NCBI GenBank assembly: GCA_002269645.1
Contig: NIVC01001089.1
Coordinates: 124,001-188,000 of the forward strand
Reading direction: 5' to 3'
Length of the DNA stretch: 64,000 bases
Origin: Macrostomum lignano
Lineage: Eukaryota
The translations under genes were made by a program, and so were the position numbers. Every line of letters starts with the position of its first letter. The first letter of the stretch is position 1. Under the pieces are notes generated by a model. It saw nothing but the letters and a program-made list of their open reading frames with translations. It had not been told where the DNA came from and ran no database searches. Below, one piece after another: positions 32,305-54,087 of this stretch.

Positions 32305-33430
32305 GGTGTGAGAATAGATGAATACCGGTGTGAGAATAGATGTATACCGGTGTGAGAATAGATGTATACCGGTGTGAGAATAGATGTATACCGGTGTGAG
32401 AATAGATGTATACCGGTGTGAGAATAGATGAATACCGGTGTGAGAATAGATGTATACCGGTGTGAGAATAGATGTATACCGGTGTGAGAATAGATGAATA
32501 CCGGTGTGAGAATAGATGTATACCGGTGTGAGAATAGATGAATACCGGTGTGAGAATAGATGTATACCGGTGTGAGAATAGATGTATACCGGTGTGAGAA
32601 TAGATGTATACCGGTGTGAGAATAGATGTATGCGGGATGAGAGTAGATAAATTCAAGTTGAAAACAGATGAATGCCGGTGTGAGAATGGATGAATAAGGT
32701 ATGACAATAGATGAATACGGTGTGAGAAAAGATGAATACGGATAAGAATAGATGAATACGGTGTGAGAATAGATTAATAAAGTATGACAATAGATAAATA
32801 CAGTGTGAGAATAGATGAATACAGGTTGATAATAGATGAATAAGGTATGACAATAGATGGATACGGTGTGAGAATAGATAAATACGGATAAGAATAGATA
32901 AATACGGTGTGAGAATAGATGAATAAAGGTTGAGAATAGATAAATACGGTGTGAGAATAGATGAATAAAGGTTGAGAATAGATAAATACGGTGTGAAAAT
33001 AGATAAATACGGATAAGAATAGATAAATAAAGGTTGAGAATAAATAAATACGGTGTGAGAATAGATAAATACAGTGTGAGAATAGATGAATAAAGGTTGA
33101 GAATAGATGAATACGGTGTGAGAATAGATAAATACGGTGTGAGAATAGATAAATACGGTGTGAGAATAGATAAATACGGTGTGAGAATAGATGAATACGG
33201 TGTGAGAATAGATAAATACGGTGTGAGAATAGATGAATAAAGGTTGAGAATAGATAAATACGGTGTGAGAATAGATAAATACGGTGTGAGAATAGATAAA
33301 TACGGATAAGAATAGATGAATAAAGGTTGAGAATAGATAAATACGGATAAGAATAGATGAATAAAGGTTGAGAATAGATAAATACGGATAAGAATAGATG
33401 AATAAAGGTTGAGAATAGATAAATACGGAT
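32305..33430. repeat. 22-bp then 21-bp minisatellite (CCGGTGTGAGAATAGATGTATA / ACGGTGTGAGAATAGATAAAT)
   Basis: Direct reading; the unit drifts along the array. Confidence 0.93.
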
Positions 33431-34026
33431 GAGATGAATAATACAGGTGTGAGAAAACAACGTAGATGAAAACGGGATGAGACTAGGTGAGAAAAGATCC
33501 ATGGGTTAAGTAAAGAAAGCCGGTGAAGAGAAGAGAGGGAGAGAGAGACAAATAGAGGTGACAATAGATGCCAGAGGATACGGTACGATAGGTGCAGAGT
33601 AGCCTAGAAAGAAGACTGACGGTGACATTGTGAAGAGTTGATAAAATCTGGAATGAAAAATGCAAGTAAAAGCCAGCGAGATCCCCGTGGGCAAACTGAA
33701 TGGCCCAGCCCGGGGTCAGTATCGAAGCACGCTGTAGATGGCAACGAAGAGGCAACTTGATAATTAAAACAAAATCCCTCCCGGACTCGGATGCGGCCGC
33801 GTTCTCATCATACTAAGCTCATATCCATATTTCTCTCCCGGTTCCTAATTTTCCCCCTTCATTTTCGGACTCTTATCTAAATCTCTGTCCGGTAGAAGAA
33901 TCTGGCGAAGGAATCTCTGCTGAATTGCGCATAAATTATAGACCTGGAATAGAATTCAAACAAAACTCTCTCCCGTTGTACGCTGAGCTGGGGTGCCGAG
34001 CTGACTGTCGGGGGGCACTGGGGGCT

Positions 34027-34514
34027 GACCTCTCCTAGGGTCTTCAGGGTGTATGACCTCTCCTAGGGTCTTCAGGGTGTATGACCTCTCCTAGGGTCTT
34101 CAGGGTGTATGACCTCTCCTAGGGTCTTCAGGGTGTATGACCTCTCCTAGGGTCTTCAGGGTGTATGACCTCTCCTAGGGTCTTCAGGGTGTATGACCTC
34201 TCCTAGGGTCTTCAGGGTGTATGACCTCTCCTAGGGTCTTCAGGGTGTATGACCTCTCCTAGGGTCTTCAGGGTGTATGACCTCTCCTAGGGTCTTCAGG
34301 GTGTATGACCTCTCCTAGGGTCTTCAGGGTGTATGACCTCTCCTAGGGTCTTCAGGGTGTATGACCTCTCCTAGGGTCTTCAGGGTGTATGACCTCTCCT
34401 AGGGTCTTCAGGGTGTATGACCTCTCCTAGGGTCTTCAGGGTGTATGACCTCTCCTAGGGTCTTCAGGGGCTGACCTCCCCTAGGGTCTTCAGGGGGTAT
34501 GACTTCTCCTAGGG

Positions 34515-34515
<1 letters not shown>
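34027..34515. repeat. 28-bp minisatellite (GACCTCTCCTAGGGTCTTCAGGGTGTAT)n, ~17 near-identical units
   Basis: Period 28 (34027, 34055, ...); no spacers between units. Confidence 0.96.
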
Positions 34516-36641
<2,126 letters not shown>

Positions 36642-37279
36642 ATTTTTGTATCAAGAAGCAAGATGACGCATGCAACACCAGCTCCCTATTCAATATCGTT
36701 ACTTCCCGGTCCCAAAGTTTACAGAAACAGAGTTGCCTGATCTGGACGCATAAATAGAACCTTCATGAAACTAGTGTTAAACCATTTGTAGTTTTTTTCA
36801 GCTGCTTTTGCGCACTTTCAGTTCAACTTCTGCTGCCTGACTGACTTGCCCTGACGGTTGCTGCCCAGAAATTATCAGGAAGATGTGGCAGTCAAGTTCC
36901 GCTCGGATGCAGTTGAATGCAGCTTCCCAAGCTTTTCCAATTCAAGCCTGCATCAACTGCGCAAATTTTTCCCCAGATAACATTCCCCTATTTTTTCCAG
37001 CTGTCGAATAACTATAATCCCTTTATTGAGATTCCACAGGTGCGAATGACCTTTGAAGATGATTAATTATTTGGATTACTAATTTTATCCGAATAATTTC
37101 GACTTTAATCTATTCGTAATTGCAGATTTACTTAACTAATTTACCTACAAAGCTTTTTAGTCCCCACTTTCGAGTCTTGTAGAATTTCAGAAAATTCAAG
37201 GGCCACTTAATTGTCTGAGAGGTTGTCTGGTGGGATCTTCGAATCTGCTGGAAGATCTAGTTGTTTATATAGGTCGTCA

Positions 37280-37665
37280 AATTGGTTTTGTGGTTGTCAA
37301 ATTGGTGTTGTGGTTGTCAAATTGGTGCTGTGGTTGTCAAATTTGGTGTTGCGGTTGTCAAATTGGTGTTTTGGTTGTCAAAGCATGGTTTTGTGGTTGT
37401 CAAATTGGTGTTGTGGTTGTCAAATTGGTGTTGTGGTTGTCGAAGTGGTTTTGTGGTTGTCAAATTGGTGTTGTGGTTGTAAAATTGGTGTTTTGGTTGT
37501 CAAATTGGTGTTTTGGTTGTCAAATTGGTGTTGTGGTTGTCAAATTGGTGTTTTGGTTGTCAAAGCATGGTTTTGTGGTTGTCAAATTGGTGTTGTGGTT
37601 GTCAAATTGGTGTTGCGGTTGTCAAATTGGTGTTGCGGTTGTCAAATTGGTGTTGCGGTTGTCAA
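37280..37665. repeat. 20-bp minisatellite (GGTTGTCAAATTGGTGTTGT)n
   Basis: Direct reading. Confidence 0.93.
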
Positions 37666-38262
37666 AGTGGTAATTCAGTCTATCAAACTGATGGCTTTGA
37701 GGTATGATATATCGTAAACAGTATATGTTGTGCCGATTCAGTAGTATTTGAGTTAGGGTTAGAGTGAGCTAATCTATCTGTTAGAATTGATTTTTGTCGC
37801 AAGTCACATTGGGAAAAAAGCTTTTCTGGTAGCTTTCTGGTCGCTATATGCTGATCTCCATAGCGATCAAATGCTCCCATGTTTTGGTTTGAAATAAACG
37901 AACTGCTGCATGCACACGCGCTGATGACAAGCCACGAAATATTGCTGATAAGAAAAGGTTTGTAATCACTTGCTCGTAAAAATGTCAGGTTTGTCAGGCG
38001 CGCTTTCCGTGTCACGGGGTCAGTTGACCATAAAATATTCAATGAGCGCACAAATTCTGTCGCCACTTCAACTCCAGGCCGGAGGCCCACACAGCTAAAG
38101 CCTACAATGCATAGTTGTTGTAAGTAATGCATAGTACTTATGCTTTTTAAGTTGTTGTATACCTGTGCTCAACGAGGTGATGAAGCTATCATAGAACTTA
38201 CATGCATGCACATACATTTTGATAGGTGCATTTTATAGAATATATATGTGCATAGCGCCCCG

Positions 38263-38274
38263 GTTGCTGGCAAC
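38263..38274. promoter_or_regulatory. RFX X-box-like near-palindrome GTTGCTGGCAAC
   Basis: One mismatch to GTNRCC-N0-3-RGYAAC; ~1.5 kb upstream of the first identified FAM149 exon. Confidence 0.3.
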
Positions 38275-39817
38275 TCCTGAGTACGAGAGGGTGTAGCAGA
38301 AATAGATCAGGTCCAGCAGCGCGTAAAAATTCTCGCATAAGCACGTACCTGAATCAGCATCACATATCATTTTGAAATGTATATTAACGCGTATATATAT
38401 TTTTTAACTGTTACCTTACGTACATTTAAATTTAGATGTATCATGTTAAATAATATGTATATACACTGTATATGCATGCATGTTCAGTGTACATGTGCAT
38501 GCTCATGTGTATACAGAGTAAGGCGCAACACGGACTGAGCTGCCAAATGAAGAAAATATGCCAAAAATCACTGAAATGAGGATATGTACAAATGTATATG
38601 CCCCGTACCCCGTTTTTTTCGAACTAACTGACCTACTTTGCTAATTTAAAAAGAAAACTGCGTTAAGGATTTAGCGGTTTAAACAAATTGTAATTGCTTT
38701 GCATTTGTCGATCATACAATATACAGTTTAAATAGACTATCAAAGAAATAAAATGTCATAATTTTTTGTCAATTGGAATGTAGGTAACTTTATTAGCTAC
38801 ATAATAATGTCATTCGCTTTGTACATATTTAATCTTGATTACATTCCAGATTTAAACACAATATAACATTTTGAATTGTAATGAAAGCATTGATAATCCA
38901 GCCCCAGGACTAGTAGCGTTCGGTAGCGATATTTATATATCATCATGACTTTGTATTTAATTGTTTCAGAATTACTTCTTCTATGGATATGTACTGGCCA
39001 TTTTTATCAAGGACAACAATGTTGAGTTTTGCGTCCTTCGACTTAGTTGTCCTTGTTTTTGATTTTTTCTTCGATTCTGTTTACAGCATGAACCGCGACA
39101 AACATATTTATATATTATGACAGTAAATATTATACGCATGCTGTACTTTGGCTTTTCTTTTTTTATCAAATTTTAATCTTATTCTGCTTATATTATAATA
39201 TTACATTAATTTTATGTTTTTATAAACATTAAAGTGGAGAAGTCGGATTGCTATTCATTTAACAACTAATTGATAGCTAATAGTAGTCTTCTTAAACTAT
39301 GAAGTTATTATAAATAGCATCTTTCTAGACATAAAACAACGAATTAAGACACCTAAAAATTTTACTCCTAACAGAAGGACTTTCAATCATAATTTCTTCC
39401 GAGAGTATTATATTGAAGCTTTATTAATTTATGTTTTTAGTATGTCTTCTTGTCAATGCTCAGCAGCTCAGTTATATTGAAAATATCTGATAATGGGCAG
39501 AATCGAATATTCTTAAAGTCACTAGCATTTGAATCCATGTTTTTTCCTAAAGTATATTTTGTTTCATTTAACCTTTATAGCTTTTTAAATTGCCCATTCA
39601 AGGTTTATCTAATGCCAATTTATTTAGAAATATGATACTTATCTAAATTTAACTCAACATTTTCAAAAAAGATTTTCTTTAAGAACATTTTCACAAACTA
39701 AATGTTGATTTAAAGATAAATGTATATGTGACTACACTTTGTGCCTTAAGATAGTTCATTTAATTTTATGGCCCAACAAGAGTGTATGAGTTACAAGCTA
39801 AAAACTTTAAACTTCAG

Positions 39818-45725
<5,908 letters not shown>

Positions 45726-45777
45726 ACATTTTTATTTCTATTTTGTGTATTTTTACAACTCTCTGCCCCTGATATTG

Positions 45778-45783
45778 AATAAA
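45778..45783 (+). terminator. Polyadenylation signal AATAAA for the FAM149-like gene
   Basis: 52 nt after the predicted stop codon. Confidence 0.4.
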
Positions 45784-46676
45784 TATTGCTTAAAACATTG
45801 TGCTTGATAATAAAATTCAGCTCCATATTTTCTGTTCAACGGCAAGATCGTTATAGACATGTGATTGTATAATTTTTAGCTTCTGAATGAATCTTTCAAA
45901 GCTGTATTATTTGCTCCGACAAGCCGCACGTTTTCATAGGCAATATACGGTAAACAAATTTTATTCTATACTATCAGGCACTTCCGTTTCCTTTATGCAC
46001 AAATTTGTACAGTACATGTGGCTTAATGAGTTTTCACACTCGCGGTAATAAAATATGGCTTTCCGCTCGCTGAACTTATAGTAAGTACATCTTAATCCAA
46101 TGCATCCAGTTTTTGTGATTGCATGTTGCCCTCCTCTCGCAGATTTTAAAATCGATATTTTCCTGAGCTACATGTACATGTAATGTGTTTTTGTTGATTT
46201 ATGATGATTTTGTTTTGAGCAGGGAAAATTCTGCTATAGATTCTTTACATGTAACTCTGTTGCGCACGAGGCTTCTGCAAAAGCACCTCGATCGCATGCT
46301 TATACGAGTAAATTATTGACTTAGTCCTTAGCCATGTTTATTGAGAATCATATTAAATTCTATATTTATCAAGATTTATATACAAAATTCTATATTATTC
46401 ATGTATGCCTCTGTAAAAATACATTCTACATTATTCGGAGCTAAAATCTCTTCAAGCTGTTGTTGACGAAATAAATTAAGCTTTAATTCTACTATTACTT
46501 GCACATATAGACGTGACTTTTTCCTACATTTTTAAACTCAAAATCGATCAATGTACATGTACATGTAGCTGCTAGATATAAATAAATTTTAAAGTACATG
46601 TATGATCGGAAATTTCTGCCACAGCTTAACCTCCCAATAAACCAAACGCAAAAGCGACAGCGTATAGTATACTTAT

Positions 46677-47863
46677 ACAACAACAACAACAACAAAGTAC
46701 GCTGTCATGTGGAAAAAAGCAGCGTCACAGGGCACGCTTCAGAGCCTGGGCGCGAACAAAGGCCGCACCGCCGGCAGAGTCCGGGGCGCCAGCGTCGGCC
46801 AGCAGGCAGTCGACGAAACGCCGAGTTTGGGCCTGGCCGCGCCGGTAGGGTGCCTGCAGCGTTAGCAGCAGCACCTCCTGCACCGGCTGCGGGCAGTAGA
46901 ACTCGGCGCGGATGATGTGGCCTGCCAGCTGGAGTCGCCGAAGTCGCAGCAGTTCACTTGGACGGGCCAGGCCGGCGCGGCGATAGAGTGCCGCGTTAGT
47001 GATCCGCTCGTCGCTGATCTTAAAGGCGGCGCGCAGCAGGCCAGCATGCGCCGCGTTGACTTGCTGTTCGAGCGAATCCGTCAGCGTCCAGGTCTCGGCG
47101 TTGTACAACTGGACGGTCTCGACCACCGCCTGGAATAGCGCCGCCCTCTGGCGGTCAGCCAGGGCCTCGGACTGCAGGACCGCCCTCACAGAGCAAAAGG
47201 CAGCCCAAGCGAGCCCGCGGCGACGCAGCAGATCTTCGTGGACGTCAGGTACCAGACCGCCGAGGTAGACGAACTGCTGACAGCGCGGAAGCTTCGTTAC
47301 CTGCCTGCCAGCGGCTCGGCAGAAAATCGCGGCCTCGATGTTGCCCGGCACGCAAAGCACAACGGTCTTCTTCGTGTTGACCACCAGGCCGACGCTCGCT
47401 GCAGCGCTAACCAGCTTGTCCAGCTGGCGCTGGGCGCCCTCTACGGTCGAGGACAGCAGCGCGAGGTCATCGGCGTAGCCAAGCACGCTGAGCGTTTCTC
47501 CGGTGGACGTCGACCCACGCGTCGCCGCATTAGGAAGCCGTCTTCGTCGGTAGGAAGAGCAGTTCGTATAGCACCCAGTCAAGCACCAGGACGAACAGGA
47601 ACGGCGCTAGAGTGTCCCCCTGGAGCACAACGGAGGATGTCTCGAAGGAGTCCGACAGGCCGTCCGGCGTCATCACAGCTGCTCTCGTAGCACAGTACAA
47701 CGCCATTATGGCGGAGATCAGCTGTTCTGGTACATGATACGCATGGAGCACATGTGGGAGCGCAGCCCTCGCAACGAGTCGAATGCCTTCATGAAGTCAA
47801 TGAAGACAACAATCAGGTCCAACTGGCGCGTGCGCGCCGCCTCGATGTAGTATACTAGTACAA
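46677..47863 (-). mobile_element. 5'-truncated RTE-clade non-LTR retrotransposon (reverse transcriptase C-terminal part, frameshifted)
   Basis: RT motifs VFIDFMKAFDS, LQGDTLAPFLF, GYADDLALL, FVYLGG and QLYNAETWTLT. Frameshifts near 47580 and 47770, stop at 46725, short 3' UTR, (TTG)n tail, candidate TSD agtatacttat (46666-46676 and 47864-47874). Confidence 0.9.
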
Positions 47864-48221
47864 AGTATACTTATGAAATGTCTACACTGTACGTACATTT
47901 ATACAGCTGGAATGTATTACTACATGTACCAGCGCCAGGGAAACTTAAACCCAGAAGGAGCAGCAATTCATTTGTACCGACGTAAATTACTGACGTATTC
48001 AACGTCGGATTACTGTTTATGAGGAACTATACGTCTTTCGTCTTAAAGATCAGATACGTGTCGCATAAAGACGCGCGACTATTGATCGAATTTGATCACT
48101 ACATGCATGCAATTATAATGGCAGCTTTGAAAATTCAGAAAAGGCATGTAGTACACGCGCGGTATTGCACCAAAAACGAGCAGTTGAACAGCCTACAGTG
48201 TAGCTACAACTACAAGGACCA

Positions 48222-49270
<1,049 letters not shown>

Positions 49271-50137
49271 TGGTACATGTATAAACTCAATTAGACATTT
49301 CTAATTGGTTTCCCTTCGCTTTAGATCAGAAAAATTTCTACGTCAACCGAATTTATTTATTTTATTTTGTGTTTTAAAATACTAACAATTTAATTACTTA
49401 TACGCATGCAGTTGATTTTCGAAATTAAAGCAATTATTATATTTTGGTATACTGCACACAAATTTAAATAATTCTAACGTTAATTATTTTTTTAACGGGG
49501 CCCCTTTTTCCTGTTATCTGCTAGGCGAATGTAAAAGTATATATATTCAATTTTAAACGATCGATCAATGAAAGAAAGTTATTGGAATGTGTAGTGAAGC
49601 GATGATATTTATAATTAGGCCTAAGTGCTCGAAAACTAATGTAGCTCTTCAAAGTTCTCAACTTCTAGTTCTATCTAAGTACACAGATTGTTTCTCTCTC
49701 TTTAAACTTAAGACTTCAATCTTTGCATGCATATTGTATAGTGTAAGTACTTGATCAGCTACTCATTGAGAATTGTTAGGTCTAGTCCAACTCCAAAGGC
49801 TTCATGTTAAGTAAAAAACTCATTACTCAACCAGGGTTTTTTTTTTGTGCGCAGAGTGTGCGTATGCACCCTAAATTTTAAAATCGCACCCTGAAATTAA
49901 AAAAGTAGGTGCGGTTTAGGTGCGGTCTTATAACCATTTTTCTTTAAAGGCTTAACCATGCTTAAGCTATTTTTTATGCACTGCCTTAAAATATGAAACA
50001 AAATAACTCTTTAAATCCTATTAAGTCATATAGGCGATATAGCCTATAGCTATAGCCTTATGTAAGATATTAAAATATACATTCCCAGTTGTCTGAAATG
50101 TGAGCAATGTGAGGGTTTCACGAGAGATATTCAGACA

Positions 50138-50509
50138 AAGGCTCCCTAAAACACGCCCCGCACCAGGCCCCGAACTGCTACACATTATAACATTTTTTGT
50201 CAATGCAGTATTTGATTGCAAGGAAAAGTTAAAATAGTAATGGAATAAATATCTTTATTTATTTTTTTAAATATTATTATTTTTTATATTCTCGTTTTCA
50301 TTATTAAATTATAATATTATTGTTTTATTAATATTATTATTAATATCACTTATTGTTCACCGAATTTTATATTTCAAAGTAAAAAAACTAAATTTAATAA
50401 AAACTTGAAGCTTAACAGAAAACGCATTCTGAAGTGTCTTTAGTTATAGTCCAATTTGTTTTAATGTGTAGCGCTGCAGGGCGGGGCGGGGCGTGTTTTA
50501 GGGAGACCC
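50138..50509. mobile_element. Nested MITE copy 1 (~370 bp, ~55-bp TIRs, 9-bp TSD; Mutator-like by TSD length)
   Basis: TIR (g)ggtctccctaaaacacgccccgcacc...gctacacatta at both ends; flanked by attcagaca at 50129-50137 and 50510-50518. Confidence 0.75.
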
Positions 50510-52574
50510 ATTCAGACAGACATTCAAAATGATTGTCTGTAACTTCAAACAAAATTGACCCGCTTCAACCATCTTTTTGGCAAATACTTATGCAAGTGTT
50601 GGGCGTCGAATAAGCTTTAATTTATTAACTGAAGTAAAAATCCTTCTGACATACATTGATTTAAAAATTGCTTAGCAACACTAGCTCTGATTAGAAATCG
50701 CTTTACTGTTGACTAAAATTGTTTTGATCGTAGCAGCCTAAAAGCAGATACTGGATTTAAAAATGCTTCGATTTACTCTATACGCATGTCTCAGCTTTAA
50801 AATGACACCTCAGGCGTCGCAAAAGACAGCTTTGATGCTGAGATATTCGACACTAAACATGCATTGCTTTGCGCAATCTCACATTCAGAAATTTCACTGA
50901 TTTTTTGTCGATATTTGTGCGGTTGCCGTGTCCTTGTTTTTCGTCGGAGTCTTGTCAAATTCTAGTCATGTCTATACGCATGTCTCAGCTTTAAAATGAC
51001 ACCTCAGGCATTGCAAAAGACAGCTTTGATGCTGAGATATTCGACACTAAACATTGCTTTGCTCATGCAAACTCACATTCGGAAACTTCACTGATTTTTA
51101 TTCAATATTTGTTCAGATGCTTGTCTACTTCTCCATTTATTAACCATCGCATGGAGCCTTGCTAACGTACAAGTGTATGTAGTTATAGTAAATGGGGTTT
51201 TTGTGACTCACTTAAACTTGTTTACGCATTCTGCAGCTATTCGCCGCCTTTCATTTGAGTGATTCATGGAGTCCAGTTGATAAATTTCCACAAATTGGAC
51301 TGCTTCTACGTCAGATCTCAACATTTGGAACCGTCCTTGAACTATTTCAGAGTTAAGTGAGCTAATGGCATCAAATGGAAGGCTAGTGCTCGTACTTGTA
51401 AGCGAAGCAGGTTCACAATTGAAATGGTTGTATTCATGGCCATGGGATCTAAACTGATCTGTTTTCCTTTCACGATCGCTTTGGTCTCAGAAGGAGCAGC
51501 AGTTGATGGACTGAGGTGAGAAGAAGATGTGTCACGACTTGAGCTGTTTTTAGAAAATATCTTTATCCAATTAAATATTTTCATGCGGCTCCTTAGGTTG
51601 TTCCAAATTCCGAGTCTAGAAGTCAAGACAGAAAAAAAGTTAAGAACTGCTACTGTAGTCCGTAGGGATTGGAAAGCTTAGCAGTACATTAGAAATCGCC
51701 TGTTCAATCTAAAAAGTTTGAAGTACATATAGCTATTGGGTTGCAACAACAGTAGAAAAAATTCTTCCTTTTTATTTTATTCCCACCGCTTACCTCATTC
51801 CGATTTGGATAGCAGAATTGCCACGCAAAAAAAGTAAAAACATAACAATAAACTATTTGCTTCATATTAATTGCCACTGACTGTTAATAAACGCGACGTC
51901 AATTTCTCTCAATAACAGTTAGAACATGTTTCTCGTACACTCGTATATTTATTTGAAAAGCAAAGCGGTGAAAAAGTCATGATTGGTTGCCATATGTACA
52001 AATGTACACTCACAGACTCACTGACTCAGGTACAATCTATTCAAATATAAAGGCAGGAATCATTAAAAATCAAATACTTAAGACAGTTTAAGAGAAGTCC
52101 AGGTTTAAACTGGACATGACTAGAATTTGACAAGTTTCTGATGAAAAACAAGGACACGGCAACTGCACAAATATCGACAAAAAATCTGTGAAATTTCTGA
52201 ATGTGAGATTGCGCAAAGCAATGCATGTTTAGTGTCGAATATCTCAGCATCAAAGCTGTCTTTTGCGACGCCTGAGGTGTCATTTTAAAGCTGAGACATG
52301 CGTATAGAGTAAATCGAAGCATTTTTAAATCCAGTATCTGCTTTTAGGCTGCTACGATCAAAACAATTTTAGTCAACAGTAAAGCGATTTCTAATCAGAG
52401 CTAGTGTTGCTAAGCAATTTTTAAATCAATGTATGTCAGAAGGATTTTTACTTCAGTTAATAAATTAAAGCTTATTCGATGCCCAACACTTGCGTAAGTA
52501 TTTGCCAAAAAGATGGTTGAAGCGGGTCAATTTTGTTTAAAGTTACAGACGATTGTTTCGAATGCCTGTCTGAA

Positions 52575-52954
52575 GGGTCTCCCTAAAACACGCGCCGCAC
52601 CGCCCCGAACCGCTACACATTATAACATTTTTTGTCAATGCAGTATTTGATTGCAAATAGAACTATTTGTTGTAAGAGTAATGGAATAAATATCTTTAAT
52701 TATCATTATAAATATTATTATTATTTTTTATATTCTCGTTGACATTATTAAATTATATTCTTATTATTTTATTAATATTATTATTAATATCACTTATTAT
52801 TCACCGAATTTTATATTTCATAGTAAAAAAACTAAATTTAATAAAAACTTTGAAGCTTAACAGAAAACGCATTTTTTAGTGTCTTCAGTTATAGTCCAAT
52901 TTGTTTTAATGTGTAGCGCTGCAGGGCGGTGCGGGGCGTGTTTTAGGGAGACCC
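52575..52954. mobile_element. Nested MITE copy 2
   Basis: Same element and same orientation as copy 1; flanked by ctgtctgaa at 52566-52574 and 52955-52963. Confidence 0.78.
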
Positions 52955-53790
52955 CTGTCTGAATATCTCTTGTGAAACCCTCACATTCTAAACAAGACTC
53001 AAGAGAAATTGCACTCTGAGCCTTAAAATCGCACCTTGAAATTTGGCACAAGGTGCGATTTCGCACCTTATCTCTGGCGAAAAAAAAACCCAGTACTCAA
53101 CTCATTCAAGCTTAAATCAAGTAAGTAGGGCCTACTCTACTCATCCAGACTATATATACAATCTAACATATATCCCATCATTTAAATTAAAATGATTGAT
53201 CAAGTAAAGTTAAATGTTGAATTTGAAATTTGTTTCCAAAACATGGAACAAAAATTTACTTATTTAAATAGGGCCTACAAATTGTCACTAAAATATTAAA
53301 TAATAGTAAAAATGAATTGTCATTGTCATATCACTATAGTACAAAGGAATATCTATAGGGGGGGTATGATTGAAATTAAAAGTAAATTTTAAACAGCCTA
53401 GGCTCTGCTAGTGAATGTCAATAACAATGATAACAGAGAGTCACTATAATGGGTACCAGTTATTTCATTTACTAACAGTTTTTCTATTAAGTAAACAAAA
53501 AATTCTCTTTTTAAAACTATTATCTATTAGGAAATGAGTGTAATAAGATAAGAATTAAAGATTATTAAGTATTTTAGAGAGAGGGGACATAGTGTGCAAC
53601 AACTTGAGATTTGAAATAGCACATGTCTTGCTGTTGATAATGTTTATAGGCCTATATAGAAAAATTCCAATAGTTTTGGTTCCATTACTTGGCATTAGTT
53701 TTTAATTAAGCTTATGATTTTTTTTCTATAAAAGTTTTATATATATTATGAAATAGTTTGTTCAACTGATAGAGCCCATAGCATTTTAAC

Positions 53791-54087
53791 AATATTAATA
53801 CTATAGATATATTTTCAAGTAGTTTGCCACCTTATTCCCTATCTTATCCCACTTTTTTCTTCATTTTTATTTCTTAGTAGACAAACAGTTTTAAAGGAAA
53901 AAAGCTTTTTGTCTACTTAGCAAACAAACTGTCAATAGAAAATATTAATACTATAGATATATTTTCAAGTAGTTTGCTGCCTTATTCCCTATCTTATCCC
54001 ACTTTTTCATTTTTATTTCTTAGTAGACAAACAGTTTTAAAGGAAAAAGGCTTTTTGTCTACTTAGCAAACAAACTGTCAACAGAAA
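53791..54087. repeat. ~150-bp tandem duplication
   Basis: aatattaatactatagatatattttcaagtagtttg...caaactgtcaa occurs at 53791 and 53941. Confidence 0.88.

Larger units (their letters stand above)
49832..53093. mobile_element. Non-autonomous hAT-like DNA transposon, 3262 bp
   Basis: Termini CAGGGTTTTTTTTT and AAAAAAAAACCCAG (1 mismatch), perfect 8-bp TSD TACTCAAC at 49824-49831 and 53094-53101, and repeated subterminal GCACC/GGTGC motifs. No intact transposase. Confidence 0.85.

Noticed and set aside
34027-34515. 28-, 35-, 40- and 43-bp repeats as possible CRISPR arrays
   Set aside because: Units are head-to-tail with no unique spacers, there are no cas genes, and the context is eukaryotic.
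37683-38132. 149-aa minus-strand ORF, and a CxxC-containing broken frame on the plus strand
   Set aside because: No recognisable motif and no convincing splice context; the plus frame has several stops. It may be a decayed transposon but cannot be supported.
51342-51626. 94-aa ORF in the hAT spacer as a transposase remnant
   Set aside because: No BED finger, DDE or hAT dimerisation motif is recognisable.
52138-52200. CTGATGA...GAAA hammerhead-like core
   Set aside because: No stem II can form, and the equivalent position in the other palindrome arm reads CCGACGA.
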